A stretch of DNA of 64,000 bases from Candidatus Altimarinota bacterium (GCA_963664295.1 OY760935.1:160001-224000), one strand, 5' to 3'; shown: positions 16,710-27,107, counted from the stretch's first letter. Made by a program: numbers and translations. Notes: generated from the letters alone by a model not told the origin.

Positions 16710-18359
16710 TTGTCTACAAAAAAGAAGATTAAAAAAGTTCTCTTGCTTGGTTCCGGTGCTTTGAAAATAGGTGAAGCTGGTGAATTTGATTTTTCTGGTT
16801 CACAAGCCATAAAAGCATTAAAACAAGAAGGAATTGAAGTTGTATTACTAAATCCAAACATTGCTACTAACCAAACCTCAAAAGGAGTAGCAGATAAGGT
16901 TTATTTTTTGCCTGTAAATGCTGAATTTGCAGAAAAAATAATCAAAAAAGAAAGACCTGATGGAATATTTTTAGCATGGGGTGGTCAAACAGCACTTAAT
17001 TGCGGTATAGAACTTTTTGAAAAAGGTGTATTAAAAAAATATAATGTTGAAGTTCTTGGTACTCCAGTACAAACAATTCAAATGACTGAAGATAGAGATT
17101 TGTTTTGCAAGGCTTTGAGTGAAATTGATGTGAAATATTGCCGTTCTGTGGCTTGTAAAAATAAAGAAGAAGCCAAAAAAGCAGTTAAAAAAATTGGTTT
17201 TCCGGTAATTATTAGATCAGGTTTTACTCTTGGTGGAGGTGGTTCTGGTTTTGCGGAAAATTCAAAACAATTTGAAAAATTAATAGAAAAAGCTTTTGCT
17301 CATGCTCCGCAAATATTAGTAGAAGAGAGCATAAAAGGCTGGAAAGAAGTTGAGTTCGAGGTTGTGCGTGATAAAAACGGCAACAAGATTACAGTTTGTA
17401 ATATGGAAAATTTTGACCCTATGGGTATTCACACAGGAGAATCTATTGTTGTTGCACCAACTTTAACCTTAAACGACAGAGAGTGGCAATTGCTTCGTTC
17501 AACTGCCTTAAAAGTAATTGAACATTTGGGAATAGTAGGAGAGTGCAATATTCAATATGCACTTGATCCTTATTCCGAAGATTATCGTGTTATTGAAGTT
17601 AATGCTCGTTTATCTCGTTCTTCTGCGCTTGCTTCCAAGGCAACTGGTTATCCACTTGCTTTTATTGCTGCTCATATTGCTTTGGGTAAAACTCTGCCGG
17701 AATTGCAAAATGAAATCACTAAAAAAACAGTAGCTTTTTTTGAACCTGCTTTGGATTTTATTGCTTTAAAAATTCCTCGTTGGGATTTGGATAAATTCCG
17801 CAAAGTTTCTCATAATATTTCTTCAGAAATGAAAAGTGTCGGTGAAGTCATGGCAATTGGTCGTAGCTTTGAAGAAGTTTTACAAAAAGGCTTAAGAATG
17901 TTGCAAATAGGAGCACACGGCATAACCCATCACCCTTTTGATATAAAAGACATAGACAATGAGCTTACTAATCCAACACCAAAGCGTATTTTTGTAATTT
18001 ATGAAGCATTAAAACAGGGTTATAAAATAGAAGATATTTGCGAAAAAACCGGCATAGACAAATGGTTTATTCGCAGAATTGAAAATATTGTAAAAACAGA
18101 AAAAGAAGTTAAAAAATGTCTCAAGGATGAAAAATGCGACAAAAAAGAAGCGCTTTTAAGAGCAAAAAAAGATGGATTTTCTGATGCTCAATTAGAAAAA
18201 ATATCAAAAGGAGCATACACAGAAATGGAAGTTCGCAAATTACGCAAAAAATACAAAATAACCCCAGCAATCAAACAAATAGACACACTAGCAGCAGAGT
18301 TTCCAGCAGAAACAAATTATTTATATATGACTTATCATGGTCAAAAAAGTGATATATAA
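16710..18359 (+). CDS. carB: Carbamoyl-phosphate synthase large subunit, N-terminal half only
   Basis: GSG.LKIGEAGEFDFSGSQA, GGQTALN, TEDR, CNMENFDPMGIHTGESI, EVNARLSRSSALASKATGYPLA; ends after IDTLAAEFPAETNYLYMTY. Confidence 0.92.
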   Translation: MSTKKKIKKVLLLGSGALKIGEAGEFDFSGSQAIKALKQEGIEVVLLNPNIATNQTSKGVADKVYFLPVNAEFAEKIIKKERPDGIFLAWGGQTALNCGIELFEKGVLKKYNVEVLGTPVQTIQMTEDRDLFCKALSEIDVKYCRSVACKNKEEAKKAVKKIGFPVIIRSGFTLGGGGSGFAENSKQFEKLIEKAFAHAPQILVEESIKGWKEVEFEVVRDKNGNKITVCNMENFDPMGIHTGESIVVAPTLTLNDREWQLLRSTALKVIEHLGIVGECNIQYALDPYSEDYRVIEVNARLSRSSALASKATGYPLAFIAAHIALGKTLPELQNEITKKTVAFFEPALDFIALKIPRWDLDKFRKVSHNISSEMKSVGEVMAIGRSFEEVLQKGLRMLQIGAHGITHHPFDIKDIDNELTNPTPKRIFVIYEALKQGYKIEDICEKTGIDKWFIRRIENIVKTEKEVKKCLKDEKCDKKEALLRAKKDGFSDAQLEKISKGAYTEMEVRKLRKKYKITPAIKQIDTLAAEFPAETNYLYMTYHGQKSDI

Positions 18360-18377
18360 AATTTTTTAATAAAACTT

Positions 18378-19076
18378 GTGATTAAGTTTAAAAATATTTC
18401 CAAATCATACGGCATAAGTGAGGTATTAAGTAATGTATCTTTTGATATTAACCCTGGAGAGTGTGTTGCTATCACAGGAGAGTCTGGAACAGGAAAGTCA
18501 ACTTTGCTCCATATGCTCATTGGTGCAAAAAGACCAACAGAAGGCAGTATTCAGCTTGATAATTTTCGAATTGAAAAATTAACTCCTCAAAACTTACAAA
18601 CATTTCGAAGAAGTATAGGGGTTGTGTTTCAAGATTTTAAATTACTTCCTCAGAAAACAGTATTCGAAAATATTGCTTTTGCAATGGAGGCTTGGGGCGA
18701 AAGTGATCCTGTAATTGAACAAAGAGTATATGAGGTGCTTGCAAAAGTAGGTATGAAAGACAAAGAAAATAGATTTCCAAAAGAATTATCCGGTGGAGAA
18801 CAGCAAAGAACAGCAATAGCCAGAGCTATTGTGCACAATCCAAAACTTATTATTGCTGATGAGCCAACTGGTAATTTAGACAAAAGGAATTCCGAAGAAG
18901 TTTTAAATCTCTTAAAAAAACTAAATGAAGAGGGGATAACCTTAATAGTAGCCTCTCATAACAATGAAGTTTTAAGTTTATTAAAGCCAAGAATACTAAA
19001 AATTGAAAATTGTAAAATAACAGAAGCAGAACAAGCTGATATGACTACTAATAAAATTGATCTTTCTCAAAAATAA
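18378..19076 (+). CDS. ftsE: FtsE-like ABC ATPase
   Basis: GESGTGKST, IGVVFQDFKLL, LSGGEQQR, ADEPTGNLD. Confidence 0.7.
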   Translation: MIKFKNISKSYGISEVLSNVSFDINPGECVAITGESGTGKSTLLHMLIGAKRPTEGSIQLDNFRIEKLTPQNLQTFRRSIGVVFQDFKLLPQKTVFENIAFAMEAWGESDPVIEQRVYEVLAKVGMKDKENRFPKELSGGEQQRTAIARAIVHNPKLIIADEPTGNLDKRNSEEVLNLLKKLNEEGITLIVASHNNEVLSLLKPRILKIENCKITEAEQADMTTNKIDLSQK

Positions 19077-19649
19077 ATGAAAAACTCAATTACACGCGAA
19101 GAGGCTTGGGAGCTTCTTAATAAACACATCAAAAAACAAGAGATGATTTTTCATGCTCGCGAGTCAGAAGAAATAATGCGAAAAGTCGCAGAAAAAATGA
19201 ATGAAGACCCTGAATTTTGGGGAATTTGTGGCTTATTGCATGATCTTGATTATGAAGAAATTGGTGAAGACTATGCAAAACATGGAATAAGAACAGTGGA
19301 AATATTAAAAGAAGAAGGCTATGAAATTCCTGAAATGTTTCAGGCAATTTTAGCCCACACAGAAGCCCTGGAAGAATCAGAGCAAAAAAGAGAAAGTAAA
19401 TTAGATTTTGCCTTGGCATCTAGTGAGACTATTTCTGGTTTTATTGTGGCTGTTGCCTTAATGCGTCCAACAAAACTAGATGGCATGAAGCCAAAATCTG
19501 TAAAAAAGAAGCTAAAAGACAAAGCTTTTGCAGCAAAAGTAAATAGAGAAATGATTAATGATATTGAAAAGATAGGACTTTCTCGTGATGAGTTTATTGT
19601 CCTTGCTATCGAGGCTGTTAGTGGAATGAAAGAGGAAATTGGTTTATAA
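19077..19649 (+). CDS. HD-domain (HDIG-type) hydrolase
   Basis: H..E, GLLHDLDYE, HG, AI.AH, SVKKKLKDKAFAA.VNRE. Confidence 0.85.
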   Translation: MKNSITREEAWELLNKHIKKQEMIFHARESEEIMRKVAEKMNEDPEFWGICGLLHDLDYEEIGEDYAKHGIRTVEILKEEGYEIPEMFQAILAHTEALEESEQKRESKLDFALASSETISGFIVAVALMRPTKLDGMKPKSVKKKLKDKAFAAKVNREMINDIEKIGLSRDEFIVLAIEAVSGMKEEIGL

Positions 19650-19653
19650 ATTT

Positions 19654-20142
19654 TTATATCAATCTTACTCCAGCCTTAACCATGCCATAATCAGTTAATT
19701 CAAGCTGAGTTTTTTGAAATAATTCATAATTAAATTCAACACTAATTTTTTCAAAAAATTCTCTTAATCTTTCTCTAAACTTAGAGATAAAATTATCAGA
19801 ACAACCCATTTCGCTTAAATTAGAGCAGGGAACTCCCAATGCGCTATCTATTTTATTAAAAATAGGCCCAGAAATTAAAATTAAGTGAGTTGTTTCTTGC
19901 CATTTTTCAACAAGACTCAATATTTGCTCCATACAAAGCCAGAGCGGGTAAGTAAAGTGATGATTTCTTTCAAAATCGGTAAATTGATCTCTGTGTTCAT
20001 TGGGGCAAAAAATATCAAGATTAATATTAACATCAGGTGGTACAAATTGCTGAAGCCAGTCTTGAAGCTCTTTAGTCTCGTCTTCAATCATCATGCAATG
20101 CACAAAGCCAATATTTATTTCTTTTTGAGGGGATTTTTTCAT
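19654..20142 (-). CDS. Hypothetical protein (orphan)
   Basis: 162-aa ORF with upstream TTGACT-16-TAGAAT (20166-20193, minus). Confidence 0.6.
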   Translation of the reverse strand: MKKSPQKEINIGFVHCMMIEDETKELQDWLQQFVPPDVNINLDIFCPNEHRDQFTDFERNHHFTYPLWLCMEQILSLVEKWQETTHLILISGPIFNKIDSALGVPCSNLSEMGCSDNFISKFRERLREFFEKISVEFNYELFQKTQLELTDYGMVKAGVRLI

Positions 20143-20196
20143 TTTTAATGAAAATTAGAATATATATTCTACAAATAAATTAAAAAAAGTCAATAC

Positions 20197-20226
20197 ATAA
20201 AAACGGCCTTTTGCGACCGTTTTTAT
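20197..20226 (-). terminator. aspS terminator
   Basis: ATAAAAACGG...CCGTTTTTAT hairpin just downstream of the stop. Confidence 0.65.
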
Positions 20227-20246
20227 TAAAAACAAATTTATTTAAA

Positions 20247-22019
20247 TTATTCTTCGTCAATAATTTTAATTCCCAATTCTTCAATTTGATCATTAGGCAT
20301 AACACCAGGAGCACCAAGCATAAGGTCTTGAGCATTTTGATTTTTTGGAAAAGCAATAACTTCGCGAATATTAGGTTCATCACAAAGCAACATAATCAAA
20401 CGATCCAAGCCAAAAGCAATTCCGCCATGAGGAGGTGCGCCATACTCAAAAGCACGAAGCATATGACCAAATCTGCGTTCAGCATCTTCTTTGGTAATAC
20501 CAAGAATATCAAAAATTTTTGCTTGCAAATCTCTTTCGTGAATTCTAATAGAACCTCCGCCAAGCTCAACACCATTCATAACCATATCATAAGCAACAGC
20601 ACAGGCTTTTAATGGATCAGAATCAAGCAAGTCCACATCTTCTGCTTTTGGGCGAGTAAAAGGATGATGACAAGCTCCAATTGAGCCATCTGAGCCTTTT
20701 TCAAACATTGGAAAATCCGTGATCCAAAGTAAGTAAATTTCTTCATTTTTGCGAAGACCAAAATGGTCACCAAGAGCTACACGCACAGCTCCAAGGCTGT
20801 CACAAACTGTGTGAAAATCGCCAGCACCAAAGAAAAGCGCATCACCTTCTTTGAAGTTAGTTTTTTCATATAGTTCTTTTATTTGTTCTTCGTTAAAGAA
20901 TTTCAAAATAGGAGAAGCAGGCTCTTCACCTTTTCTCCAGAGAATATAAGCAAGTCCTTTTGCTCCGTTTTGTTGAGCAAGTTCAGTAAATTTATCAATT
21001 TCTTTTCTAGTCAAACTACCGCCATCAGGACATTTAAAAACACGAGCAATTCCGCCTTCTTTCACTGCACTAGCAAAAACAGAAAAATCTGACTTAGATG
21101 CCCAGTCAGTAATATCAACAAACTCCATACCAAAGCGAAGATCTGGTTTATCTGAGCCATATTTATCCATTGCGTCTTGATAAGTCATTTTTGGCACTGT
21201 ATCACCAGAAAGAATTTTTTTATGAGGATTTATTTCTTTAACAATGCGCAAAATAAGTTCAGAAAATAAATTTTGTACATCATCTTGATCCACAAAACTC
21301 ATTTCGATTTCAAACTGAGTAAACTCTGGTTGCCTGTCTCCTCTTTGGTCTTCATCACGAAAACAACGGGCAACTTGAAAATATCTTTCCAATCCACCAA
21401 CCATTAAAAGTTGTTTTAATTGCTGAGGTGATTGTGGAAGCACATAAAACTTACCATGATGCAAACGAGCAGGCACAAGATATTCTCTTGAGCCCTCTGG
21501 TGTTCCTTTAATCAAGATAGGAGTTTCTATTTCCAAAAAGTCTTTTTCATCAAAATAATCACGAATTATTTTTGTTGTTTGATGACGCACCTTAAGGTTT
21601 TTTTGCATTTTTGGACGCCTAAGATCAAGATATCTGTACTCAAGGCGTAAATCCTCACGCACTTCCTTATTGTCATCAACCTCAAATGGAGGAGTTTTTG
21701 CTTTATTTAAAATATCAATTTCATCTATTAAAACTTCAATTTCACCAGTATTAAGATTTGGATTAACCATTTCCGCTGGGCGTTCTCGCACAGTTCCTTT
21801 TGCTTTAATTACAAATTCAGAACGCAAATGTTCTGCTATAGCATGGGCTTCTTTATTGTGCTCAGGGTCAAAAACAATCTGCACAACACCGGAGCGATCA
21901 CGAAGATCAATAAAAATAACTCCGCCATGATCTCTCCAAGAATTTACCCAACCACAAAGAGTGACTTCTGTGTTAGCAGTTTTTTTATTTAGTTCTCCGT
22001 TACTGTGAGTTTTCAGCAT
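20247..22019 (-). CDS. aspS: Aspartate--tRNA ligase
   Basis: [59 protein letters not shown]. Confidence 0.98.
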   Translation of the reverse strand: MLKTHSNGELNKKTANTEVTLCGWVNSWRDHGGVIFIDLRDRSGVVQIVFDPEHNKEAHAIAEHLRSEFVIKAKGTVRERPAEMVNPNLNTGEIEVLIDEIDILNKAKTPPFEVDDNKEVREDLRLEYRYLDLRRPKMQKNLKVRHQTTKIIRDYFDEKDFLEIETPILIKGTPEGSREYLVPARLHHGKFYVLPQSPQQLKQLLMVGGLERYFQVARCFRDEDQRGDRQPEFTQFEIEMSFVDQDDVQNLFSELILRIVKEINPHKKILSGDTVPKMTYQDAMDKYGSDKPDLRFGMEFVDITDWASKSDFSVFASAVKEGGIARVFKCPDGGSLTRKEIDKFTELAQQNGAKGLAYILWRKGEEPASPILKFFNEEQIKELYEKTNFKEGDALFFGAGDFHTVCDSLGAVRVALGDHFGLRKNEEIYLLWITDFPMFEKGSDGSIGACHHPFTRPKAEDVDLLDSDPLKACAVAYDMVMNGVELGGGSIRIHERDLQAKIFDILGITKEDAERRFGHMLRAFEYGAPPHGGIAFGLDRLIMLLCDEPNIREVIAFPKNQNAQDLMLGAPGVMPNDQIEELGIKIIDEE

Positions 22020-22138
22020 GATTTTTTTTAAAAAATACTCAAAGAAGATTTTTCCATAAAAAAGAAATTAAAAAAAGCAAAAAAACTTGAGAAAAACACC
22101 ATAAATTGATAAAATTAGATAAATTTTTTAAAAAAACA

Positions 22139-22747
22139 ATGAAAAAATTATTTTCACTAATAACATTAACACTATTACTTACAGTTGGCCTAAGCGCTTG
22201 CACAAGCGATAAAGACAATGAAAAAACTGAATCAGAAGACACTCCTCCTGCAGAAAGAGTGGTTTCCAAAGACGAACTAAAAGACATTGTCTTTAATGAA
22301 AATTTTACAAGTGAAGAATATTACGCAGAACTTGCAAATTCTGCAGAAAGTATTCAAATGAATATTGCATTAGAAACAGCAAAAGAAAAAAATGATCCAG
22401 CTGAATGCGATGTTTTAGCTACAGAAAAAGAGCAAACAGCATGTAAAGATGATTATTATGTAAACAAGGCAAGAGAAGATAAAAACATGGAGACCTGTGC
22501 GAATATTCAAGATGAAGGCAAAAAAGATATTTGTGAATCAATGGCAATTAACGCTAAAGTTAATGAAAGCAATAATCCTGAAGATTGTGAGGCCTTAAGC
22601 GATCCAGCAAAAGTTCAAAGATGCAAAGACAACTTATTAAAAGACCAAGCTATTGAAGAAATGAATGAAGAAAAATGCGATAGAATAAGCGACAATATTA
22701 TTCAAAAAGCTTGTAAAGATATTGTAAAAATTCGCAAAGGCAATTAA
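22139..22747 (+). CDS. Lipoprotein with four Cys-pair helical repeats
   Basis: Lipobox LSAC; C-x11-C units repeated about every 31 aa. Confidence 0.75.
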   Translation: MKKLFSLITLTLLLTVGLSACTSDKDNEKTESEDTPPAERVVSKDELKDIVFNENFTSEEYYAELANSAESIQMNIALETAKEKNDPAECDVLATEKEQTACKDDYYVNKAREDKNMETCANIQDEGKKDICESMAINAKVNESNNPEDCEALSDPAKVQRCKDNLLKDQAIEEMNEEKCDRISDNIIQKACKDIVKIRKGN

Positions 22748-22773
22748 GTAAAACAATTTATTTTTAAAAACAT

Positions 22774-22803
22774 AAAGATCCGGATTTTTTCGGATCTTTT
22801 TTT
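22774..22803 (+). terminator. Intrinsic terminator
   Basis: AAAGATCCG/CGGATCTTT stem followed by a T run. Confidence 0.75.
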
Positions 22804-22819
22804 ATGTTAAAATTCCCGC

Positions 22820-23878
22820 ATGTTTAAAGAAATAACAAGCAAATTAGGCGAAAAAAAATATCGCAAAAAACAATTTGAACATGCGATATTTCGTGAATTA
22901 GTAGAAAATATTGAACAAATTACTGTATTTCCAAAAGAACTCAGAGAAAAGCTCAAAAAAGAGCCATTTTTTCAGATGGAAATAAATAATTTGCTAATTA
23001 CAAAAGACAAAAAAACCAATAAAGTTTTATTTAAAACCAAAGATAATTTTTTTATAGAAAGCGTTCTTATGCGTCATGTAGGTCGCAATACTGTTTGTGT
23101 ATCTTCGCAAATTGGTTGTCCTTGTGCTTGTGCTTTTTGTGCAACAGGCAAAATGGGCTTTAAGCGCAACCTAAGTACTCAAGAAATAATCGAACAAGTG
23201 CTTTTTTGGGCAAGGCAATTAAAAAAAGAATACCTAGAAGAAAAAAAAGGAGAATGGAATCCAAAAAATCCACCACCATCACATAGAGTGCGCAATATTG
23301 TTTTTATGGGAATGGGGGAGCCACTTTTAAATCTAGACAATGTCTTAGAAGCAATAAAAATTCTTAATGATGATCACAAATTTGGCATAGGCGCGCGCAG
23401 AATAACAATCTCCACAGTAGGCATAATTCCACAAATAAAAAAATTAACAGAATTAGATATGCAAATAAACTTGGCAGTTTCTTTGCATGCACCCGAAAAC
23501 GAACTTAGGTCACAATTAATTCCGCAAAATAAAGTTTTTCCATTAAAAGATTTAATGCAGTCTCTTTGGGATTTTTCCAAAAAAACACTCAGAAGAATAT
23601 TTTTTGAATACACTGTTATTGATAATATTAACGACTCTGAACAAGATGCGCACAATCTTGGAAAATTATTACAAAACAAACTTGCCCATGTGAATTTTAT
23701 TCCCCTTAATGAAAACCCAGATGTAAATAAAGATTTTAAAAAACCAAAAATGGAAAAAATTCGTAAAATGCAAAAAATATTAGAAAAATATGATCTTCCA
23801 TCAACAGTAAGAGGGGAATTTGGAGATGAGATTGCTGGTGCTTGTGGACAACTAGCCGGCAAAAAGCTTGACAAATAA
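22820..23878 (+). CDS. rlmN: 23S rRNA m2A2503 radical SAM methyltransferase
   Basis: CVSSQIGC...C.FCATG, FMGMGEP, SLHAP, ACGQL. Confidence 0.95.
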   Translation: MFKEITSKLGEKKYRKKQFEHAIFRELVENIEQITVFPKELREKLKKEPFFQMEINNLLITKDKKTNKVLFKTKDNFFIESVLMRHVGRNTVCVSSQIGCPCACAFCATGKMGFKRNLSTQEIIEQVLFWARQLKKEYLEEKKGEWNPKNPPPSHRVRNIVFMGMGEPLLNLDNVLEAIKILNDDHKFGIGARRITISTVGIIPQIKKLTELDMQINLAVSLHAPENELRSQLIPQNKVFPLKDLMQSLWDFSKKTLRRIFFEYTVIDNINDSEQDAHNLGKLLQNKLAHVNFIPLNENPDVNKDFKKPKMEKIRKMQKILEKYDLPSTVRGEFGDEIAGACGQLAGKKLDK

Positions 23879-23919
23879 GCTAAATTTGTAAAAAATAAAC
23901 CACCTTTTATGTTTATTTT

Positions 23920-24318
23920 ATGGAAAAAGTAAGAGACAGACTGGTGCCACGAATACCCGAACCTAGTGTGGAGAAGGTTAATCCTGAAAAATTGCCTACC
24001 AAAAAAACATTAATGCTTTCTCCAAAAGTTCCAAGAGAGCCAATTCAAGTTGGCGATACGCTTGAAGTTAGTGTTCCAGTGATGAAATTGCCAGATCCTT
24101 TGCCAGTGCAGGTTGGTGTTTGTATTGCACCTGCTTATTTAGACTTTAAAGATGCAGAAAAACACCCTTTTGATCAGGTTTATAATGGCAATGGCTCTTT
24201 AAATATTGCAGTACAAGCAAAAAGACCAAGCACTAAAGCTTTTTTATTTGTTGATCTTTTTGATAAGCAAGGTAATAAATTAGACACAGCAGTTTCAATA
24301 GACTTTACTATTAGGTAA
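23920..24318 (+). CDS. Hypothetical protein (Pro-rich N-terminus, beta-rich C-terminus)
   Basis: 132-aa ORF; TTGACA at 23868. Confidence 0.6.
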   Translation: MEKVRDRLVPRIPEPSVEKVNPEKLPTKKTLMLSPKVPREPIQVGDTLEVSVPVMKLPDPLPVQVGVCIAPAYLDFKDAEKHPFDQVYNGNGSLNIAVQAKRPSTKAFLFVDLFDKQGNKLDTAVSIDFTIR

Positions 24319-24319
24319 A

Positions 24320-24562
24320 ATGGATCAAGTTAGTCGTTTTGTTTTAGAAGGTGCATCTGCCAATATAGATCCAAACTTAAAAAAAAGAATTGGGATAGAT
24401 AAATTTTTAGAAAATCCTCCAGAAGATCCAGAGGCAGAAAAGCAAGCAATTAAACAAATTTTAGCTATTATAAGAAGAGGTGTGGCTAATGGTCTTCCAG
24501 TATTTATTGTTGCTGATTTATCTCTAGCATTGTTAAAATACAGAGATGAAATTGATATATAA
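24320..24562 (+). CDS. Hypothetical protein
   Basis: 80-aa ORF starting 1 nt after the previous stop. Confidence 0.55.
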   Translation: MDQVSRFVLEGASANIDPNLKKRIGIDKFLENPPEDPEAEKQAIKQILAIIRRGVANGLPVFIVADLSLALLKYRDEIDI

Positions 24563-24587
24563 AAATTTTTTAAATAAGGTGAATTAT

Positions 24588-24616
24588 TTGACATAATATA
24601 ATTTATATGTTATTAT
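24588..24616 (+). promoter_or_regulatory. sigma70 promoter
   Basis: TTGACA-17-TATTAT with TGn. Confidence 0.65.
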
Positions 24617-24648
24617 AATATTCGAAAATTCCCCTTTAAAAAACAAAA

Positions 24649-25026
24649 ATGCGAATAAGATCTGGATCTGAAAATGGTTCTAATAAACATAGGTCTTTAT
24701 TGTCAAAGAAGTCCAGTTCTGATTTTTCTGATGACCATGACAAGGTTATTCATGATCCAGGAAAAATAATTCCCCATACCCCTTGGGTAGAAAGTCAGAA
24801 AAAAGTGGTACAACTGTTAACTGGGGAAAGTGCGCGTTTTAATAGGACTGGAAAAGAAAAAGAAGCTAGAATATATGAATTAGCTGCTATGAGAGCGCAA
24901 CAAAGATTGCGAGAATTAGAAGCGACTTTAAAGGCGCAAGGAGAAGAAATTCAAAGATCTCAAGCACAATTTAGCAAAAATGTCAGAAGCACATTAGAAG
25001 GAGATAGTTCAGGAAAAGCCGCATAA
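24649..25026 (+). CDS. Hypothetical coiled-coil protein (orphan)
   Basis: 125-aa ORF behind a consensus promoter. Confidence 0.6.
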   Translation: MRIRSGSENGSNKHRSLLSKKSSSDFSDDHDKVIHDPGKIIPHTPWVESQKKVVQLLTGESARFNRTGKEKEARIYELAAMRAQQRLRELEATLKAQGEEIQRSQAQFSKNVRSTLEGDSSGKAA

Positions 25027-26163
25027 CTAAATATTCTTCACAGCTTCTGCAACCTTAGTGCCAACATTTTTGTCAAATAAAGGTGGCATAATATTTTCAG
25101 CTTGCGGATTAGAAACCATATCAGCAAGTGCCTCAGCCACAGCAATAAACATTTCGTTTGTAAATTTTTCTGCGCCAAGATCTAAAATCCCTCGAAAAAG
25201 CCCAGGAAAACAAAGCGCATTATTAACCTGATTAGGAAAATCGCTCCTACCAGTAGCAACAACCAAAGCTCCACCTTTTTTTGCTTCATCAGGCATAATC
25301 TCTGGAACAGGATTTGCCATAGCAAAAACAATCGCATTCTCAGCCATTTTGGCAATGTCTTCAGCTTTTAATAAGTCGGGAGCAGAAACGCCAATAAAAA
25401 TATCAGCACCCACTAAAGCTTCCTGTAAAGATCCTTTTTCATTATTTAAATTATATTTAGCCATTTTTTCTTTGGCACTATTAAGATTTTCTCGTCCTTC
25501 ATAAATAGCTCCTCGAGAGTCACACATCACAAGATGTTTAGCGCCAGCACAAATTAATAATTTTGCAGTCGCAATACCGCCAGCGCCAGCGCCAGAAAAC
25601 ACAATTTTAGTCTCAGAAAGATTTTTATTAGCTACTTTGAGAGCATTTTTAATGCCAGCAAGAGTGACAATGGCAGTACCATGCTGATCATCATGAAAAA
25701 CAGGTATTTTTAATTCTTCTTTTAATCTTTTTTCAATCTCAAAACAACGAGGAGCAGAAATATCTTCCAGATTTATGCCACCAAAACAAGGTTCAATTAA
25801 TTTGCTAAAACGAATTATTTCTTCAGTGTCTTTGGTATCAAGACAAATAGGCACTGCATTAACATCGCCAAATTCTTTAAAAATTGCTGATTTTCCCTCC
25901 ATAACAGGTAAGGACGCCTTTGGCCCAATGTCACCAAGTCCCAAAACAGCACTACCATCAGTAATAATTGCAATAGTGTTTTTGCGCCATGTTAATTCAT
26001 TAACTTTTTTTGGATCTTTAGCAATTTCTTGGCAACAAGCTGCCACACCAGGAGTATAAAAAACTGAAAGGGCTTTTTTTGTATCAAGTGGTGCTTTTGA
26101 TTTTATATCAATTGCTCCTCCTAGTCTTTTGTGTTCCTTAATTGATTCTTCGTTAAAATCCAT
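25027..26163 (-). CDS. NAD(P)-dependent malic enzyme
   Basis: YTPGVA, DGSAVLGLG, PVMEGK, INLEDI, HDDQHGTA, GAGAGG, ATGRSDFPNQVNN. Confidence 0.95.
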   Translation of the reverse strand: MDFNEESIKEHKRLGGAIDIKSKAPLDTKKALSVFYTPGVAACCQEIAKDPKKVNELTWRKNTIAIITDGSAVLGLGDIGPKASLPVMEGKSAIFKEFGDVNAVPICLDTKDTEEIIRFSKLIEPCFGGINLEDISAPRCFEIEKRLKEELKIPVFHDDQHGTAIVTLAGIKNALKVANKNLSETKIVFSGAGAGGIATAKLLICAGAKHLVMCDSRGAIYEGRENLNSAKEKMAKYNLNNEKGSLQEALVGADIFIGVSAPDLLKAEDIAKMAENAIVFAMANPVPEIMPDEAKKGGALVVATGRSDFPNQVNNALCFPGLFRGILDLGAEKFTNEMFIAVAEALADMVSNPQAENIMPPLFDKNVGTKVAEAVKNI

Positions 26164-26168
26164 AATTA

Positions 26169-27107
26169 TTATTTATTTTTTTCAATAAAAAATCTTACTT
26201 GCTCCATAATGCCATCAGCATCAAGACCATATTTCATATAAAGATCTTCGGGAGTACCACTTTCGCCAAAGGTTTTCATTCCAAGTCGTAAAAGCTTAGT
26301 TCCAATTCCATTGTCAGCAATAATTTCCGAAACAGCACTGCCTAGGCCACCAGTTACACTGTGATCTTCAACACTAATGGCAAATTTATTATTGCTTAAT
26401 ATTTTTTTGATACCTTTTTCGTCAACAGGATTAAGCGCAGATACATTCACAACAGTTGGTTTAATGCCCATTGCTTCTAGTTTGCCAGCTCCAGCCAAAG
26501 CGCGATGCACTACAGCTCCAGTTGCAAAAATCACCACTTCTTTTCCGTCTCGCAAAATATTCACTTTGCCAATATCAAATTTTGTTTTTTCCTCAAAAAT
26601 AACTGGCACTTTTTGCCTGCCAAGTCGTAAATAGCAAGGTCCATGTTCTTTTTTAAGAATATGTTGAACAATAGCTCTTGTTTCCACGCTATCAGCAGGG
26701 GAGTATATTTTTATATTTGGAATTGAACGCAAAATAGCCACATCTTCAAGAGCTTGATGAGTTTCACCATCTTCACCAGTTAATATGCCAGCATGAGAGC
26801 CAACAATAACCACAGGTAAGTTTGATGTGCAAACAGTATTGCGAATTTGTTCCCACCCACGACCAGTGACAAAAATAGCAAAACTACAAACAAAAGGTTT
26901 TTTTTCGGCTATTGCTAAGCCAGCACCTGTGCCAATTAAGTCTTGCTCAGAAATACCTACATTAAAAGCACGATTAGGATATTTTTTGGCAAATTCTTTT
27001 GTTTTTGTGCTACCTGCAAGATCGGCATCAACAGTTACCATTTCCGGAAACTGATCAGCAAATTCTACTATTGCCTTGCCAAATGCACTTCTTGTTGCTT
27101 CTTCCAT
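26169..27107 (-). CDS. Transketolase, C-terminal subunit
   Basis: DADL..ST, GISEQ, GEDG.THQ.LED, EDH...GGLGS. Confidence 0.93.
   Translation of the reverse strand: MEEATRSAFGKAIVEFADQFPEMVTVDADLAGSTKTKEFAKKYPNRAFNVGISEQDLIGTGAGLAIAEKKPFVCSFAIFVTGRGWEQIRNTVCTSNLPVVIVGSHAGILTGEDGETHQALEDVAILRSIPNIKIYSPADSVETRAIVQHILKKEHGPCYLRLGRQKVPVIFEEKTKFDIGKVNILRDGKEVVIFATGAVVHRALAGAGKLEAMGIKPTVVNVSALNPVDEKGIKKILSNNKFAISVEDHSVTGGLGSAVSEIIADNGIGTKLLRLGMKTFGESGTPEDLYMKYGLDADGIMEQVRFFIEKNK

Noticed and set aside
16661-16861. Apparent long head-to-head overlaps (tsaC/carB; also fbp/L,D-transpeptidase and uvrC/holA)
   Set aside because: Artefacts of longest-ORF start choice; conserved domains begin at downstream starts that remove the overlaps
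18360-18377. Frameshift or readthrough restoring full-length CarB
   Set aside because: The downstream sequence is an intact ABC ATPase gene with no sign of the CarB C-terminal half
20197-20226. Shared AAAACGGTCGCA...GGCCGTTTTT between the aspS terminator and the cassette terminator (9332-9377)
   Set aside because: Short, and constrained by terminator architecture; could be chance, so no relationship is claimed
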